A stretch of 64,000 bases of DNA from Candidatus Poribacteria bacterium (GTDB taxonomy: Bacteria > Poribacteria > WGA-4E > WGA-3G): positions 320,001-384,000 of the forward strand of contig CAXXUA010000003.1 of the NCBI GenBank assembly GCA_963663765.2, read 5' to 3'. Position numbers and translations under genes: made by a program. Every line of letters begins with the position of its first letter. Position 1 is the stretch's first letter. Under the pieces are notes generated by a model, which did not search any database, was not told the DNA's origin, and saw only the letters and a list, made by a program, of their open reading frames with translations. Positions 32,502 to 44,147 of the stretch are shown one piece after another.

Positions 32502-33248
32502 CTACAGAATTCCAAGAGGCGGCATCACAACAACTTCCTCAGTCACCATACCCAACGGTTGTTGGCATACAGACAGAACAACATTCGCCACATGTTCAGG
32601 TTTCAGCATCTTTTCAAAGTCGGGATGTTGTGAAATATCATCCCAAAAAGGTGTCTCAACGGAACCGGGTAAAACCGCTGTAACCCGGACATTCTGCTCC
32701 CGTACTTCTGCAGCCAGCACCTTCGTTAAAGCAAGCGCACCTGCTTTTGCTGCACAATAAGCACCTGATGCTGGAAAAGCAACTTTCGCAGCGATTGATA
32801 GCACGTTTATAATTTGACCCCCATCCTGTTTCAATAGATGTGGCAGTGCGTATTTCGTACAAAGAAAAACCCCTTTCAAATTAGAGTTGATGACACTGTC
32901 CCAATCTGCTTCGTCAAAATCGGTAACGTTCCCAAAAATACCGTTTCCCGCGTTGTTTATCAAAATATCCAAATTTTGGTAGGCATCCACTGTACTTATG
33001 ATTAGATTCTTAACCGCGTCAATATCAGTAACATCAGTTGGAATGGCGGTTGCGTCCGCGCCTGTGTTTCTAATATCCGATGCTACCTTTTCAACAACAT
33101 CGCGTGTACGTGCAGCTAAAACTATCTTTGCTCCTGCATCAGCTAAGGTAAACGCTATCGCTTTGCCAATCCCTTTTGATGCACCAGTAATAATAGCAAC
33201 TTTTCCTTCAAGACTATATGGTAGTGTGTTGTTTGCAATGTTTAGCAT
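32502..33248 (-). CDS. SDR oxidoreductase, candidate sepiapterin reductase
   Basis: TGASKGIG, NNAG, YCAAK; directly downstream of folE and PTPS. Confidence 0.75.
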   Translation of the reverse strand: MLNIANNTLPYSLEGKVAIITGASKGIGKAIAFTLADAGAKIVLAARTRDVVEKVASDIRNTGADATAIPTDVTDIDAVKNLIISTVDAYQNLDILINNAGNGIFGNVTDFDEADWDSVINSNLKGVFLCTKYALPHLLKQDGGQIINVLSIAAKVAFPASGAYCAAKAGALALTKVLAAEVREQNVRVTAVLPGSVETPFWDDISQHPDFEKMLKPEHVANVVLSVCQQPLGMVTEEVVVMPPLGIL

Positions 33249-33291
33249 GGTTTATAAAAAATTAAGTGTACGGGATGTGTCTACTAACTGA

Positions 33292-33900
33292 TTATGAAAC
33301 TTGGATACATCTCAGAAACTCAGCGCGGGTTGAACTATCTTCCCGAAATGTGCCACGCATAGCATTTGTTGTCATCTTTGAGGCTTGCTTTTCTACACCA
33401 CGCGCCATCATGCACATGTGTTGTGCTTCCATGACAACCCCAACACCTGACGGCTCCAAAGATGCTTGCAATGCCTCAGCAATTTCGCGCGTTAAGCGCT
33501 CCTGAACCTGCAAACGACGCGCAAACATATCAACAATTCGTGGGATCTTACTCAGTCCAATAATCCGTTTTTGTGGAAGATAACCGACATGACACCTACC
33601 CCAAAAAGGTAAAATGTGGTGCTCACACAGACTATAAAACTCTATATCTTTGACAATAACCATCTCATCACAATCTTCGTTAAAGATGGCTCTATTTAAT
33701 ACCTTCTCAATGTCCTGATGATAACCACTCGTCAAAAAAGATAACGCCTTAGCAGCACGCAAAGGTGTTCTCAATAATCCTTCACGATTTGGATCTTCTC
33801 CCAGATTATCAAGTATCTGTAAATAGAGAGACTCCAAAGATGCTGTCTGATTAGACAATTTCTGCTTATGATCTGCTTCAGTTTCCAGTTCAGTTTTCAT
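33292..33900 (-). CDS. folE: GTP cyclohydrolase I
   Basis: [39 protein letters not shown]. Confidence 0.95.
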   Translation of the reverse strand: MKTELETEADHKQKLSNQTASLESLYLQILDNLGEDPNREGLLRTPLRAAKALSFLTSGYHQDIEKVLNRAIFNEDCDEMVIVKDIEFYSLCEHHILPFWGRCHVGYLPQKRIIGLSKIPRIVDMFARRLQVQERLTREIAEALQASLEPSGVGVVMEAQHMCMMARGVEKQASKMTTNAMRGTFREDSSTRAEFLRCIQVS

Positions 33901-33903
33901 ATA

Positions 33904-34740
33904 TTATGAGGGTTCTCCATAGTAATCAAAATGATTTTTGGGTGTTTCTCGTAAACGCAAACGGTGCAGTACAACGGGTCGTAAATTCTGTTCTAATACG
34001 TCCCAAAGCACTTTCACGAAATTTTCAGATGTCGGATTTAACGTCTCAAATTCTCGTGTATCAAGATTTAGGTGTTTGTAATCAAAACGCTCAAAAACCT
34101 GCTTTTCAACAACCTTGTCAATTTGGTTCAATCCTGCTACCAATCCAGTTTTCACATCTACATCGCCTTTGACAGTGACTTCAAGCACATAGTTGTGTCC
34201 ATGTCCTGCGGGATTATTGCACTTCCCAAAGACATCTTGATTCTCCGCATCACTGAGCTGATGACTATGTAAGCGGTGCGCTGCACTAAACTCATAGACC
34301 TTGGTGAGATAAACCATCTGTCCTTCCCCATAGTAATCAGCAAATACCGTTGAATTCTCATACAACCGAACCCGATGAAGCAGTCCATCGGTCAGAGATG
34401 GAATAATTCGCTGCCAAATTTCAATCGAGATATTTTCACAAGTTGGCTGCAAATGCGGATTTTTAGCAAAAATCGGATGTTGACTGTTTAGGTGTTTATG
34501 GTCGTAATTCGCAATAATTTCAGACTTTAACAACACATCTAATGTCGTTAAATTGATGACCATTCCATCATCGGAATCTATATTTCCTTTAACCATCACC
34601 TCAAGCACGTAGTTATGACCGTGGCTATTCGGATTTGCCGAAGCACCGAACAACGCAACGTTTTCAGCATCGCTCAATTCAGGTATCCGATTGTAATGAG
34701 ATGCTTCAAATGCAATCTGCCGTGTTAAATAGTACATCAA
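33904..34740 (-). CDS. Two-domain 6-pyruvoyl-tetrahydropterin synthase
   Basis: Two T-fold repeats, each with HGHNY and DHKHLN/DYKHLN; C-terminal CNNPAGHGH. Confidence 0.85.
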   Translation of the reverse strand: MMYYLTRQIAFEASHYNRIPELSDAENVALFGASANPNSHGHNYVLEVMVKGNIDSDDGMVINLTTLDVLLKSEIIANYDHKHLNSQHPIFAKNPHLQPTCENISIEIWQRIIPSLTDGLLHRVRLYENSTVFADYYGEGQMVYLTKVYEFSAAHRLHSHQLSDAENQDVFGKCNNPAGHGHNYVLEVTVKGDVDVKTGLVAGLNQIDKVVEKQVFERFDYKHLNLDTREFETLNPTSENFVKVLWDVLEQNLRPVVLHRLRLRETPKNHFDYYGEPS

Positions 34741-34788
34741 TTCGGTTGAGATTGTTTAAAATCAGTAATTTTTTCAGAAAACGTCACC

Positions 34789-35184
34789 TTAAAGTCTACT
34801 AATCAGAAATATGATAATGACTGCTGTTGTTAATCCCGTTCCAGTCTTCATGCCAATACCTGCCCACCGAGATTGTAATCGTACAGATTCTGTCTTGTAT
34901 GCAGATACATATTTTTCAACATATTCAGGTGACTTTCCGAGTAGGTTCGGTACATTGTTGACAACTACTTCTGGTGGCACCTGTGATGCTTTTGTTACCT
35001 GGTTACCACCAACAATCCCCATAAAAAGCACACCGGTAACACATCCTTCAATAAACCATTTTGGACGTGGAACATCTCTTTGCGCATCTTGCTGTCCTGC
35101 CTCTATAGGAGTTATTTCACATCTACCTGATATAGTTATCAAACACATAGCGATTAATATCAAGACACATAAAACGCGTCGCAT
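34789..35184 (-). CDS. Small membrane/secreted hypothetical protein (paralog B)
   Basis: Shares PI.AG..DA..DVPR.KWF..GC and LLGK.P.YV.KY...Y..ESVRL with the neighbouring gene. Confidence 0.65.
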   Translation of the reverse strand: MRRVLCVLILIAMCLITISGRCEITPIEAGQQDAQRDVPRPKWFIEGCVTGVLFMGIVGGNQVTKASQVPPEVVVNNVPNLLGKSPEYVEKYVSAYKTESVRLQSRWAGIGMKTGTGLTTAVIIIFLISRL

Positions 35185-35259
35185 TCCTACCTCGGTTTTC
35201 TTATGAAGTAAAGTTCTTAAATTTATGACTAAGGAAAATGTTCAGCATAATTATTCAAA

Positions 35260-35643
35260 TCAAAGTAAAACAAGAAAAGCGACAAGAAGAACGGTAGTTA
35301 ATCCACTTCCTGATATCCACCCATAATCCATCCATGTTAATCTCAAGCGCACCGATTCCGCTTGGTAGGACATAATATATTTATCAACGTATCCAGGTGG
35401 TTTTCCGAGCAAGTGTGGAATATTCTTCAACTCAACTTCAGGAGGATTTTTCGCATCACGTACTACAGTGTTATCTGAAAAGAAACAACTACCATTAATA
35501 CATCCTGCAAAAAACCATTTTGAACGGGGAACATCTTGTTCGGCATCTTTTAGTCCAGCTGCTATAGGAGCTAACTCACATATACCTGTTTTACTCATCA
35601 TGCATACAACAGATAAAATCAAAACACAAGAAATGCGCCACAT
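35260..35643 (-). CDS. Small membrane/secreted hypothetical protein (paralog A)
   Basis: Paralog of 34789-35184; signal peptide and C-terminal TM. Confidence 0.65.
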   Translation of the reverse strand: MWRISCVLILSVVCMMSKTGICELAPIAAGLKDAEQDVPRSKWFFAGCINGSCFFSDNTVVRDAKNPPEVELKNIPHLLGKPPGYVDKYIMSYQAESVRLRLTWMDYGWISGSGLTTVLLVAFLVLL

Positions 35644-35738
35644 TTTCTACCGCCAGTCAAACCATGATAGTAGATTTAATGATTAACGATACATTCTAAT
35701 TGACTTACCTGCACAATTCTCTAACTTTTGCATGTAAG

Positions 35739-35932
35739 CAGGACTTACGCAGTTTTCTTGATTTAATCATAAACTATGACGAAAATGATGCCATTATCAG
35801 CGTTTTTATGGGTTTCCGGCGCGCTTACAAAGCACCAAATCAAGAAATCAACGGTATGAATGCCTTTTGGCATTCCCCGGGTATGAATGCCATTTAGGCA
35901 TTCACCGCCTACCGTTGTGTGCGTAAGTCCTG
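35739..35932. mobile_element. MITE with IS701-type ends
   Basis: TIR CAGGACTTACGCA / TGCGTAAGTCCTG identical to the IS at 44148; 5-bp target duplication GTAAG. Confidence 0.85.
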
Positions 35933-35962
35933 GTAAGGTCATAATGTTCTTGACATTCAACC

Positions 35963-36247
35963 TTACAATTTTGCTGCAGAGACCAATTGATCATCAACAG
36001 ATTCGTATTGAACTGTCATAATCCATTCGCCTGTCCCTCTCAATTGTACATTACACTTTTTCAACCACTCAATGAGTGTTAGTTTGTCGCGAGCTTCCCA
36101 TTCGCACAACATTCTTCCGGACAACGTATCACACAACACACGAATATTGCTGACATCTTCGTTGCCTTCTTCCTGAAATCGCTGTAGCAGTCGTGTCACA
36201 TCTTGCCTCGTCATACAAGCAATTGCATGCACAGAAACATATCTCAT
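35963..36247 (-). CDS. Small protein, DUF4242/SCO4226-like
   Basis: GRMLCEWEA.D pattern, 94 aa. Confidence 0.45.
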   Translation of the reverse strand: MRYVSVHAIACMTRQDVTRLLQRFQEEGNEDVSNIRVLCDTLSGRMLCEWEARDKLTLIEWLKKCNVQLRGTGEWIMTVQYESVDDQLVSAAKL

Positions 36248-36309
36248 ATTATGATCTTTCGTATGTTGCAAGGAAAAGGGACGATAACTATACCGTCCCA
36301 ATCTCAAGT

Positions 36310-37158
36310 TTAATCACGGGCAATAGGCGCACCGACAAGATTTCCCCATTCTGTCCAGCTGCCATCATAATTGCGAACCTTTTCATAACCGAGTAGGTAT
36401 TTCAACAAGAACCATGTATGCGATGAACGTTCACCGATGCGGCAGTAAGCGATAGTCTCTTTGCTATCGTCAACACCTTCACCACCGTAGATGGATTGCA
36501 GTTCATCGTGAGACTTAAATGTACCATCTTCTGCAACTGCTGTTGCCCATGGGATGTTCGCAGCACCAGGGATATGCCCCCCACGTTGTGCAGTTTCGCT
36601 CATGCCCGGTGGTGCAATCACTTCACCGGTAAATTCTGCTGGTGAACGCACATCAACCAAGTTGATAACACCTTGCTCAAGTGTCGGCAGGATATTGTCC
36701 TTTGTTGCGCGGACGTTGTCATCAGGGAATTTCGCCTGATACCCAGTCGCAGCATAAGAAGGAACGTCTGTAACAAGCTTTCTACCTTCGTCTATCCATT
36801 TTTGACGACCACCGTTCATAACCTTCAAAAGACTTTCATCGTGTCCATAATAACGGAACTGCCACAACGCATAAGTGGCGAACCAGTTGTTATTATCACC
36901 ATAGAAGATCACAGTCGTATCATTCGCAATGCCACTGTCGTTGCAGAGTGCTTCAAACTGATCTTTAGTGAGAATATCGCGTCGGATTTGATCACACAAC
37001 TGTGTCTGCCAATTCAAACCGACCGCACCCGCAATATGTCCTTCTCCATACGCTGAGGTATCAACATCAACTTCAAGCAGACGGATACCAGCGTCACTTC
37101 CATGCTCCGCAACCCATTCTGTACTTACCAAAACATCAGGATTCGCGTAATCAGCCAT
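36310..37158 (-). CDS. Tandem-domain rhodanese sulfurtransferase
   Basis: GHIAGA, VDVRS, GHIPGA, YCRIGER, YDGSWTEW; AGGAGG RBS. Confidence 0.92.
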   Translation of the reverse strand: MADYANPDVLVSTEWVAEHGSDAGIRLLEVDVDTSAYGEGHIAGAVGLNWQTQLCDQIRRDILTKDQFEALCNDSGIANDTTVIFYGDNNNWFATYALWQFRYYGHDESLLKVMNGGRQKWIDEGRKLVTDVPSYAATGYQAKFPDDNVRATKDNILPTLEQGVINLVDVRSPAEFTGEVIAPPGMSETAQRGGHIPGAANIPWATAVAEDGTFKSHDELQSIYGGEGVDDSKETIAYCRIGERSSHTWFLLKYLLGYEKVRNYDGSWTEWGNLVGAPIARD

Positions 37159-37348
37159 ATCTGTTTGTCCTCCTGTTACAAAACTTTTTTCTCAAATATA
37201 AAGAGAATCATGCAATACATAGCAAAATTCAAAATTACGTCTTCAATGTTAGATTCTCTTTATATTATACGCATTTGCGTGAAATTTGTCAAATATCGTT
37301 AGTATTCTATACATTGGTATACAATTGTCCAGTTTTTTCAGATATATT

Positions 37349-37513
37349 CAGGACTTACGTAGTCTCAAAGATTATCGTTGGATTTGAGAGTTGATATCGC
37401 ATATAATCATCCAATAAACTTTGTTTAAGTTCATAAATTGTTTTGCCAAGTTTACGCGCAACACGTTTCAAACAGACCCATATTTGAAAACACAGGACTT
37501 GATACCCTTTTGG
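37349..37513 (-). mobile_element. IS701-family remnant (3' end only)
   Basis: 37349-37492 is a near-identical reverse complement of the last ~145 bp of the IS at 44148-45238. Confidence 0.85.
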
Positions 37514-37987
37514 GCAAAAATGATAAAGGCAGGTCGTCAGCTTGATAGGTCAAGGATACCACCCTACCGGACTATTACAATCCTATAGATGAGGGGGAGA
37601 CACCAGAAGGTGTAAATATTGTGAGAAAAGAGTCTCGTATTTGGGGTTTACGTTACGAAAAACCGAGCTAAAACATTTTAGTACCCTCCCTGTTTTTAAA
37701 ATCCAACTAAATCCATACCTATACAGACGTGATAACGAATTGGGATTTGAGACAAATACTAAAAAAGGAGACTTGTAGAGTTGTGCCGTAATTTTTTGAT
37801 GTAGTATACGATTTTTGAGGGTAGCCTCTAAAAAAACAATTCTTAGGATTATCCGTTTGAGCTGGAGGTATCCCAAAATACTCGGTTTTTTCAGGGTTAT
37901 TCAGTTTTAAGAATCTGTCGTTATGCCAGTTAACTTTGGGTTAAGATTAGTGAAATATATATTGATTTTTTATGGTATTTTTGTTTA

Positions 37988-38136
37988 TTGTCTGAACCAG
38001 GATTTTCAGGATTTACAGATTTTCGGGATTTACCTCATCAAGGGTTTTTGATATGCGTTTATGCTCTCTTTTGTAATAGGATTGGATGAGAATAATCTTG
38101 GTAATCTGCTAATCCTGAAAATCCTGGTTCAGACAA
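37988..38136. repeat. Palindromic element with 26-bp perfect inverted arms
   Basis: TTGTCTGAACCAGGATTTTCAGGATT / AATCCTGAAAATCCTGGTTCAGACAA. Confidence 0.75.
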
Positions 38137-38280
38137 AGAATGAGTTAACTCCACCCAAAAAACTAACTCAAGGATTAACGACTGTGATAGAATTTACTCA
38201 ATAAATTGAAAACTGAATAATCCTGCCACACAACAGCGTTTCTTGACATTTGAATGTCTCTGCATTTATCCCAAAATATA

Positions 38281-38309
38281 TTGACACGGACAACATATTA
38301 TGATAATAT
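38281..38309 (+). promoter_or_regulatory. Putative sigma70 promoter of mod
   Basis: TTGACA-17-TAATAT followed by GGAGG RBS. Confidence 0.4.
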
Positions 38310-38335
38310 CACGATATTAGCTTAGGAGGATATTT

Positions 38336-41197
38336 ATGGCAAGAAAAAAACGCACCACTCAAGAAAAAGATGTCCAAGATTACCGACACGACGCAAAACG
38401 AAAAAACAACCCATCCGCAGGCTTCGCAGCACAAGGAAAAATACACGAAAAACCGAAGCAGGAATACGTATACAACCCACACCTCCCGCCAAACCTCCGA
38501 TTTGACCCAAACGGTGATGCGGACAAACTCCCCAAACTACTTGAAGAAGCAGAGCAAAGACCGCTCACTGCTGAAGAAACAAAAACAATCGCAAACGCGC
38601 TAAGACACCATGAACCGTGGCTGGAATGGGCTGGTAAACAGGAGAAAAAATCCTTTGCCGTGGATCCAGTTGCGTTGCATATCCATGAACGCGTGAGTGC
38701 CAAGGCAATCTTGAAGATAGCAAAACGCGAAAACGTCCAACGAAAACTATTTGCCGATCCGCAGCTGACTTATGATAAGGCGTTGGATTTTTACCAACGT
38801 GACGTGGAGTGGGCAAACCGACTCATCTTGGGTGATAGTCTTACTGTTATGAGTTCACTTGCACATCGAGAAGACCTTGCAGGTAAAGTGCAGATGATTT
38901 ACATTGACCCTCCTTACGGCATCAAGTTTGCCTCCAACTTTCAACCCACCATCTTTCAACGTGAGGTAAAAGACAGAGAACAAGATTTAACTCGTGAATG
39001 CGAGCAGATAAAAGCATACCGTGACACGTGGACACTCGGTGTACATTCCTATCTCTCATATCTCCGAGAACGCCTATATATTGCAAGAGATTTGTTACAC
39101 AATAGTGGATGCATCTTTGTGCAGATTGGGGATGAAAATGTTCATCGGGTCAGGTGTATAATGGACGAAGTTTTTGGATCAGAAAATATGGTTGCTCAAA
39201 TCTGTTATAAAACGACATCTGGCAGACAAGCAAAAAGGATAGATCGTTTAGGCAATTATATCCTCTGGTTTGCCAAAGAGATTGAAAACGTGAAATACTA
39301 TAATCTTTTTGTTCATAAAGAAAACATTGGTAAATCTAATGTCCAGAAAGGAGATTTACAATCACAAGGTGAAAGTAAAAGTGGGTCTTATATAGTGGAA
39401 TTTGAAGGTAAAGAATATTCTACCCGTTCAGGAAGACATTGGGCAACTACTGAAGAAGGAATGAACCGCTTAATTCGCACTAATCGGGTACTTGCCACAG
39501 AAAATAATATAACATATAAACGCTTAAACACTGATTATCCGGTTGCATCGATTCCTGATGTATGGACTGACTTATCTGGAGGAGCTACTGGAAAAGTGTA
39601 TGTCGTACAGACAAATAGAAGAATTATTGAACGCTGCCTCCTCATGACCACAGAGCCTGGTGATCTTGTACTTGACCCAACTTGCGGGGGCGGTACCACA
39701 GCCTACGTTGCTGAGCAGTGGGGGAGACGTTGGATTACGGTTGATTCGAGTCGTGTGGCAATTGCCTTAGCAAGACAACGTCTATTGACAAGTACCTTTG
39801 AATATTACAAATTCAAGGATAAATCTAAAGGTATCACTGGAGGCTTTAAAAATAAAACGGTACCGCACATTACCCTCAAGAGTATTGCCCAAAATACCGC
39901 GCTTGACCCTATCTTCGCATAACATGAACCAATTCTCACAGAGAAGCTAGAGACGTTAAACAGCGCATTAGTAGATATTACGCCTGAAATCCGTACGACA
40001 TTCCTCACCAAACTGATAGAGAAAGAAACACACGAAGGGAAAAGGTCCATTACAGATGCAGATAGAAGACGTTGGCAGCTTCCCGATAAAGCATGGCAGG
40101 AGTGGGAAGTGCCTTTTGATACCGACCCCGATTGGCCTGAACCTTTACAAATTGCATTGACAGATTACCGTAACGCATGGCGTGCAAAGATGGACGAGGT
40201 AAATGAATGCATCGCCGCATCCTCCGAAGGTGAGGAATTAGTCAATCAACCAGAAGTGGACAGAAAGCGGATTCGTGTAAGTGGTCCTTTCACAGTAGAG
40301 GCGGTGCAACCTGCCGAAGAGTCGCTTGATGCTGATTCACCTATTGGCGGTGAACCTGAAGAGTCGACAGACACTTTTGAAGATGCAGAAGAAGGACACG
40401 AGGCAGTAAATGCAGAGGCATACCTTGATAAGATAATCCGTTTGCTTAAGAATGATGGTGTGAAGTTTCCAGATAACAAAACGATGAAATTCGCTACGCT
40501 TGACCCACTTGAGGGAGATGTCCTCCATGCTGAAGGGAGTTGGGAAGATGATGAAACGGAACGCCGCGTTGCAGTCGCTTTTGGTCCGCAACACGGACCT
40601 GTTACTGCCATGCAAGTTGAACAGTGTTTACGTGCAGCATATCGGTACGGATTTGATGACCTTGTTTTTACGGGGTTCAGTTTTGATGGTGCAGCACAAG
40701 CCGCTATCCAAGATGATCTTAATCCAAATGTTCGTGTCCACATGGCACATATCAACCCCGACGTAGCGATGGACGATCTGCTCAAGGAGACACCGACCAG
40801 TCAACTGTTTACCGTGTTCGGTTTGCCGCGTACGGAACTCAAAACAGCAGACAATGGCGAATTTACCGTTAAGATGGAAGGTGTTGACATTTATAATCCT
40901 GTGGACAACACAGTCAATTCCGCAGGTGCAGATAAGGTTGCAGCGTGGTTTATCGATTCTGACTATAACGGTCGGGACTTCTGCATCACACAAGCTTTCT
41001 TTCCCGACAAGAGTGCGTGGAATAAAATTGCCCGCGATCTCAAAGGCGTAATTGACCCAGAGTGTTTTGAGAGGTTTAGTGGCACAGAATCGTTGCCGTT
41101 TCCTGTGGGTGAGCATGCATGCGTTGCTGTCAAAGTAATTGATCCGCGCGGAAATGAGGTGATGCGTGTGCATAACCTACATGATGTGGCGTATTAA
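38336..41197 (+). pseudogene. Type III restriction-modification Mod (N6-adenine methyltransferase) with internal stop
   Basis: IYIDPPY and DPTCGGGTT motifs; TAA at 39920-39922, frame continues 62 codons into the 40109-41197 ORF (AVKVIDPRGNE end). Confidence 0.85.
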
Positions 41198-41323
41198 AAG
41201 TAGTAGGCACACGGCGTGTGCCGAAACCATTGTCTGAATCACGGATTTTCGCGGATTTTAATTTCTTTTGGAATAGTGGATAATGTGGTTGATTATTGTT
41301 ATGCAAATGATTAAAATTATTGC

Positions 41324-41561
41324 ATGAATCGAAGATAAGCCTTGCTTGACAAAGCACGGCGCAACCCAAATGGACTGAAATTTAGAGACTTTGAAAAGTT
41401 CCTACGTCAGTGTGGACGGACACAACGCCGGCAGCGGGGGAGTCACAGAACCTGGTAAGTACCGTCTCATTGTCCAACCAGAGCATTCTATGGCAAAGGG
41501 GTACCAAGTGCGACAATTTCTCAAACAATACAATCAGGAGATAGCAGATGAAGAAGCATAA
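41324..41561 (+). pseudogene. hicA: HicA toxin remnant
   Basis: MNRR*ALLDKARRNPNGLKFRDFE...RGSHRTW, then shifted frame MAKGYQVRQFL; overlaps hicB start. Confidence 0.75.
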
Positions 41562-41910
41562 CCACGATGATTTTGACGGTTTCATGGTAAATGTATTTTT
41601 CGATGAAGATGGTGATTATCTCGCACACCTCGTGGAACTCCCAAACGTCTCGGCTTTCGGACCGACACCTGCCAAGGCATTAGACGAACTAAAAACCGCA
41701 TGGGAATTGATAAAAGAATGTTACCAAGAGGATGGCGAACCCATTCCGAAACCACCTTCACGGGAGGGATATGAGGGACCTTTTAACGTACCTGTTGATG
41801 CGCAGCTTTATCATGCTTTAGCAGACGAAGCCGCGAAAGTAGAGATGAGTCTTTACGCGCTTGTTGCTCAAAAGTTGAAGTCAACTATCCCTACGTTAAA
41901 GAAAAGATAG
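41548..41910 (+). CDS. hicB: HicB-family antitoxin
   Basis: DGDYLAHLVELPNVSAFGPTP..AL, GEPIP, C-terminal ribbon-helix-helix-like segment. Confidence 0.85.
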   Translation: MKKHNHDDFDGFMVNVFFDEDGDYLAHLVELPNVSAFGPTPAKALDELKTAWELIKECYQEDGEPIPKPPSREGYEGPFNVPVDAQLYHALADEAAKVEMSLYALVAQKLKSTIPTLKKR

Positions 41911-41913
41911 AAA

Positions 41914-43083
41914 ATGAGAAAATTTATAGTTTACTTACTGTTAGGTGTACTAATATCAATTGTTGTTGTTCCTTCGTTTGCACAGCAGAATCAGAATGCA
42001 CTACAGCAAGAAATTGAGTCACTCAAAAAACAACTCTCGGAAATCCAAGGCAAGCTTCAGACTGTGGAAAACGTTGAGAAGATGGAGTTGGCAGCGAAAC
42101 TTGCTGAGGCACAAGCCAAACTTGCTAATGCTGAGTTTGGTAAGTTTGAGCGGGAATTGCGGGATTATAATAATAAATGGCTGTGGGGATGGACTACATT
42201 TTTTGTAGCAATCGTAGCGATTGTAATTACGGTAATAGGGTTAGCTTTATGGTTTTTTGTTAAGAAATTGATAGCAGATAGGGTTGAAGAACGGCTTAAT
42301 GGATTTAAGGATGCTATTAAACAAGTAAACATATTGGAAGGTCAAATAAAATTATTGAATAAAGATCAAGCAGTATCTAAATTAGAGGCTACTTTTCAAC
42401 CTGATTTTGGGAGTGGACTTGGTTTTCCCAGAGAAAATGAGGCTCGCCGAGAGAAAGCTCTTTTGGAACTTTCACAAAAAGTTCTTTTGGATGTATTTGA
42501 GGATAAAAAATATCTCCTTGCACTCAGACATAAAGCTGCGGAAGTTTTAGCTCAGAAGTCTCCGCCACTGGTTGCACCTTTGCTGCAACTCTTAAATTCA
42601 GAAATTGATGTTGATTCAAACATTTCTGCTGAAATTGGACAAAGAACATTACGCGAATCTATAGCCGTTCTTAGCGGAGTAGAAACACCAGAAACCTACA
42701 AAGGTCTAACGAAATTTTTGAACCGTTTGCTGACAGAAAACCTAGAACATAAGGATGCTTACTTAACTTGGACAGTGTTTGCACTTGCTTATGTCAGTGA
42801 TGGGTTAGATAACAGAGAATCACTTCCTATACTGAAAAATGCAATACCTTTTTTGGAGAATCCTGGTTTTAATCGTGAACCATTAAAAGATTTAATTAAG
42901 TTTTTTGATAAAAATAATGATCTAGGAGGAATTAAGGAAATCCTAAATCACCATGCAGCTGGAAAAATGCCTGAGTTAGAAGAAAAATGCTTGGAGTTAT
43001 TGCAAAAGCACGATCCCGACTTTGTTAAAGAATGGAAAGCAGAAAAAGAGACTGCTAACACAGAAAACGAGGAATCTTCATGA
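41914..43083 (+). CDS. Hypothetical protein: signal peptide, coiled coil, TM helix, HEAT-like helices
   Basis: 389-aa ORF between hicB and res, ATGA overlap with res. Confidence 0.65.
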   Translation: MRKFIVYLLLGVLISIVVVPSFAQQNQNALQQEIESLKKQLSEIQGKLQTVENVEKMELAAKLAEAQAKLANAEFGKFERELRDYNNKWLWGWTTFFVAIVAIVITVIGLALWFFVKKLIADRVEERLNGFKDAIKQVNILEGQIKLLNKDQAVSKLEATFQPDFGSGLGFPRENEARREKALLELSQKVLLDVFEDKKYLLALRHKAAEVLAQKSPPLVAPLLQLLNSEIDVDSNISAEIGQRTLRESIAVLSGVETPETYKGLTKFLNRLLTENLEHKDAYLTWTVFALAYVSDGLDNRESLPILKNAIPFLENPGFNREPLKDLIKFFDKNNDLGGIKEILNHHAAGKMPELEEKCLELLQKHDPDFVKEWKAEKETANTENEESS

Positions 43084-44147
43084 ATCAAGACCAACTTCAA
43101 CTCCCAATCCAACCCGTAGAACAACCGATACTGTGCAGTCCCTACGAAGAACCAACTACACATTGGGTTTACGACTCACAAACAGGTGAAGCCTCCAAGA
43201 ACCCAGGACGCCGCGAGGCAGGGTACTGGTATAAAACAGAACAAACTGGTAGCCAACAGCTCCGCTTATTCCAAGAGGAGCAACGTGATGACCTACCGTT
43301 AGTGAACGCACTCCGTGACGATGTCCGGCGGTGGCGTAACTCAAAATACGAAAGTGCTACGAATGTAACAAAAGAACTGCTGCGGCATTGGGGACGCGAA
43401 GACTTGTTAAGACGACTCTTTTTCTGTCAACGCGAAGCGATTGAAACAATCATCTATCTCGTTGAAATACTTCAGAGGGAGAGAGGACCACGCTTTAATC
43501 CTAAATTTTCCAAAGATGATCTTTCCAAATTAGTTGATACCCCTAACGGATCCAGTTTTCCAGACCTCATTCGTTACGGTTGCAAAATGGCAACCGGCAG
43601 CGGTAAAACTGTTGTCATGGCAATGCTCATTGCGTGGGCATTTTGCAACCGTGGTAAAGTGCATTCTGATGAACGTTTCCCCGCAGCAGCACTTGTCGTC
43701 TGTCCGAACCTCACAATCAAACAACGATTGCAGGTTTTGCGCCCTGAAGATAGTGATAACTACTACGATGAATTTGAACTCATTCCAACAAAACTTCGTC
43801 CGTTGCTCAATAGTGGAAAGGTGTTGGTTACCAATTGGCATCAATTCGCACCTGAATCCGAACATAGCGAAGGAGGTAAAACCTACGCTGTTGTCAATAA
43901 AGGTAAGGAAACAGCAGAAGTTTTTGCCAAACGCGTGTTAGGGGAACTCCATGACCGCGCGCCTATTATGGTGCTAAACGATGAGGGACACCATGCCTAT
44001 CGTCCCGCACCGACAGAGGAAAAACTCTCTGTAGAAGAAAAGAGAGAACGCAAAGATGCAACCGTCTGGGTAGAAGGTTTGGACAAAATTAACACCGGGT
44101 GTGGTATCAAATTCTGTGTAGACCTTTCAGCTACGCCGTTTTACATT

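Noticed and set aside
33904-34740. queD annotation
   Set aside because: The motif is CX5HGH in a two-domain protein, and no queC/queE/queF genes are adjacent
37583-37876. 97-aa reverse-strand ORF next to the IS remnant
   Set aside because: No recognisable motif or RBS; cannot be supported as a gene
40246-41173. Long antisense ORFs inside mod, and similar shadow ORFs throughout the window
   Set aside because: They lie opposite well-supported genes and have no motifs
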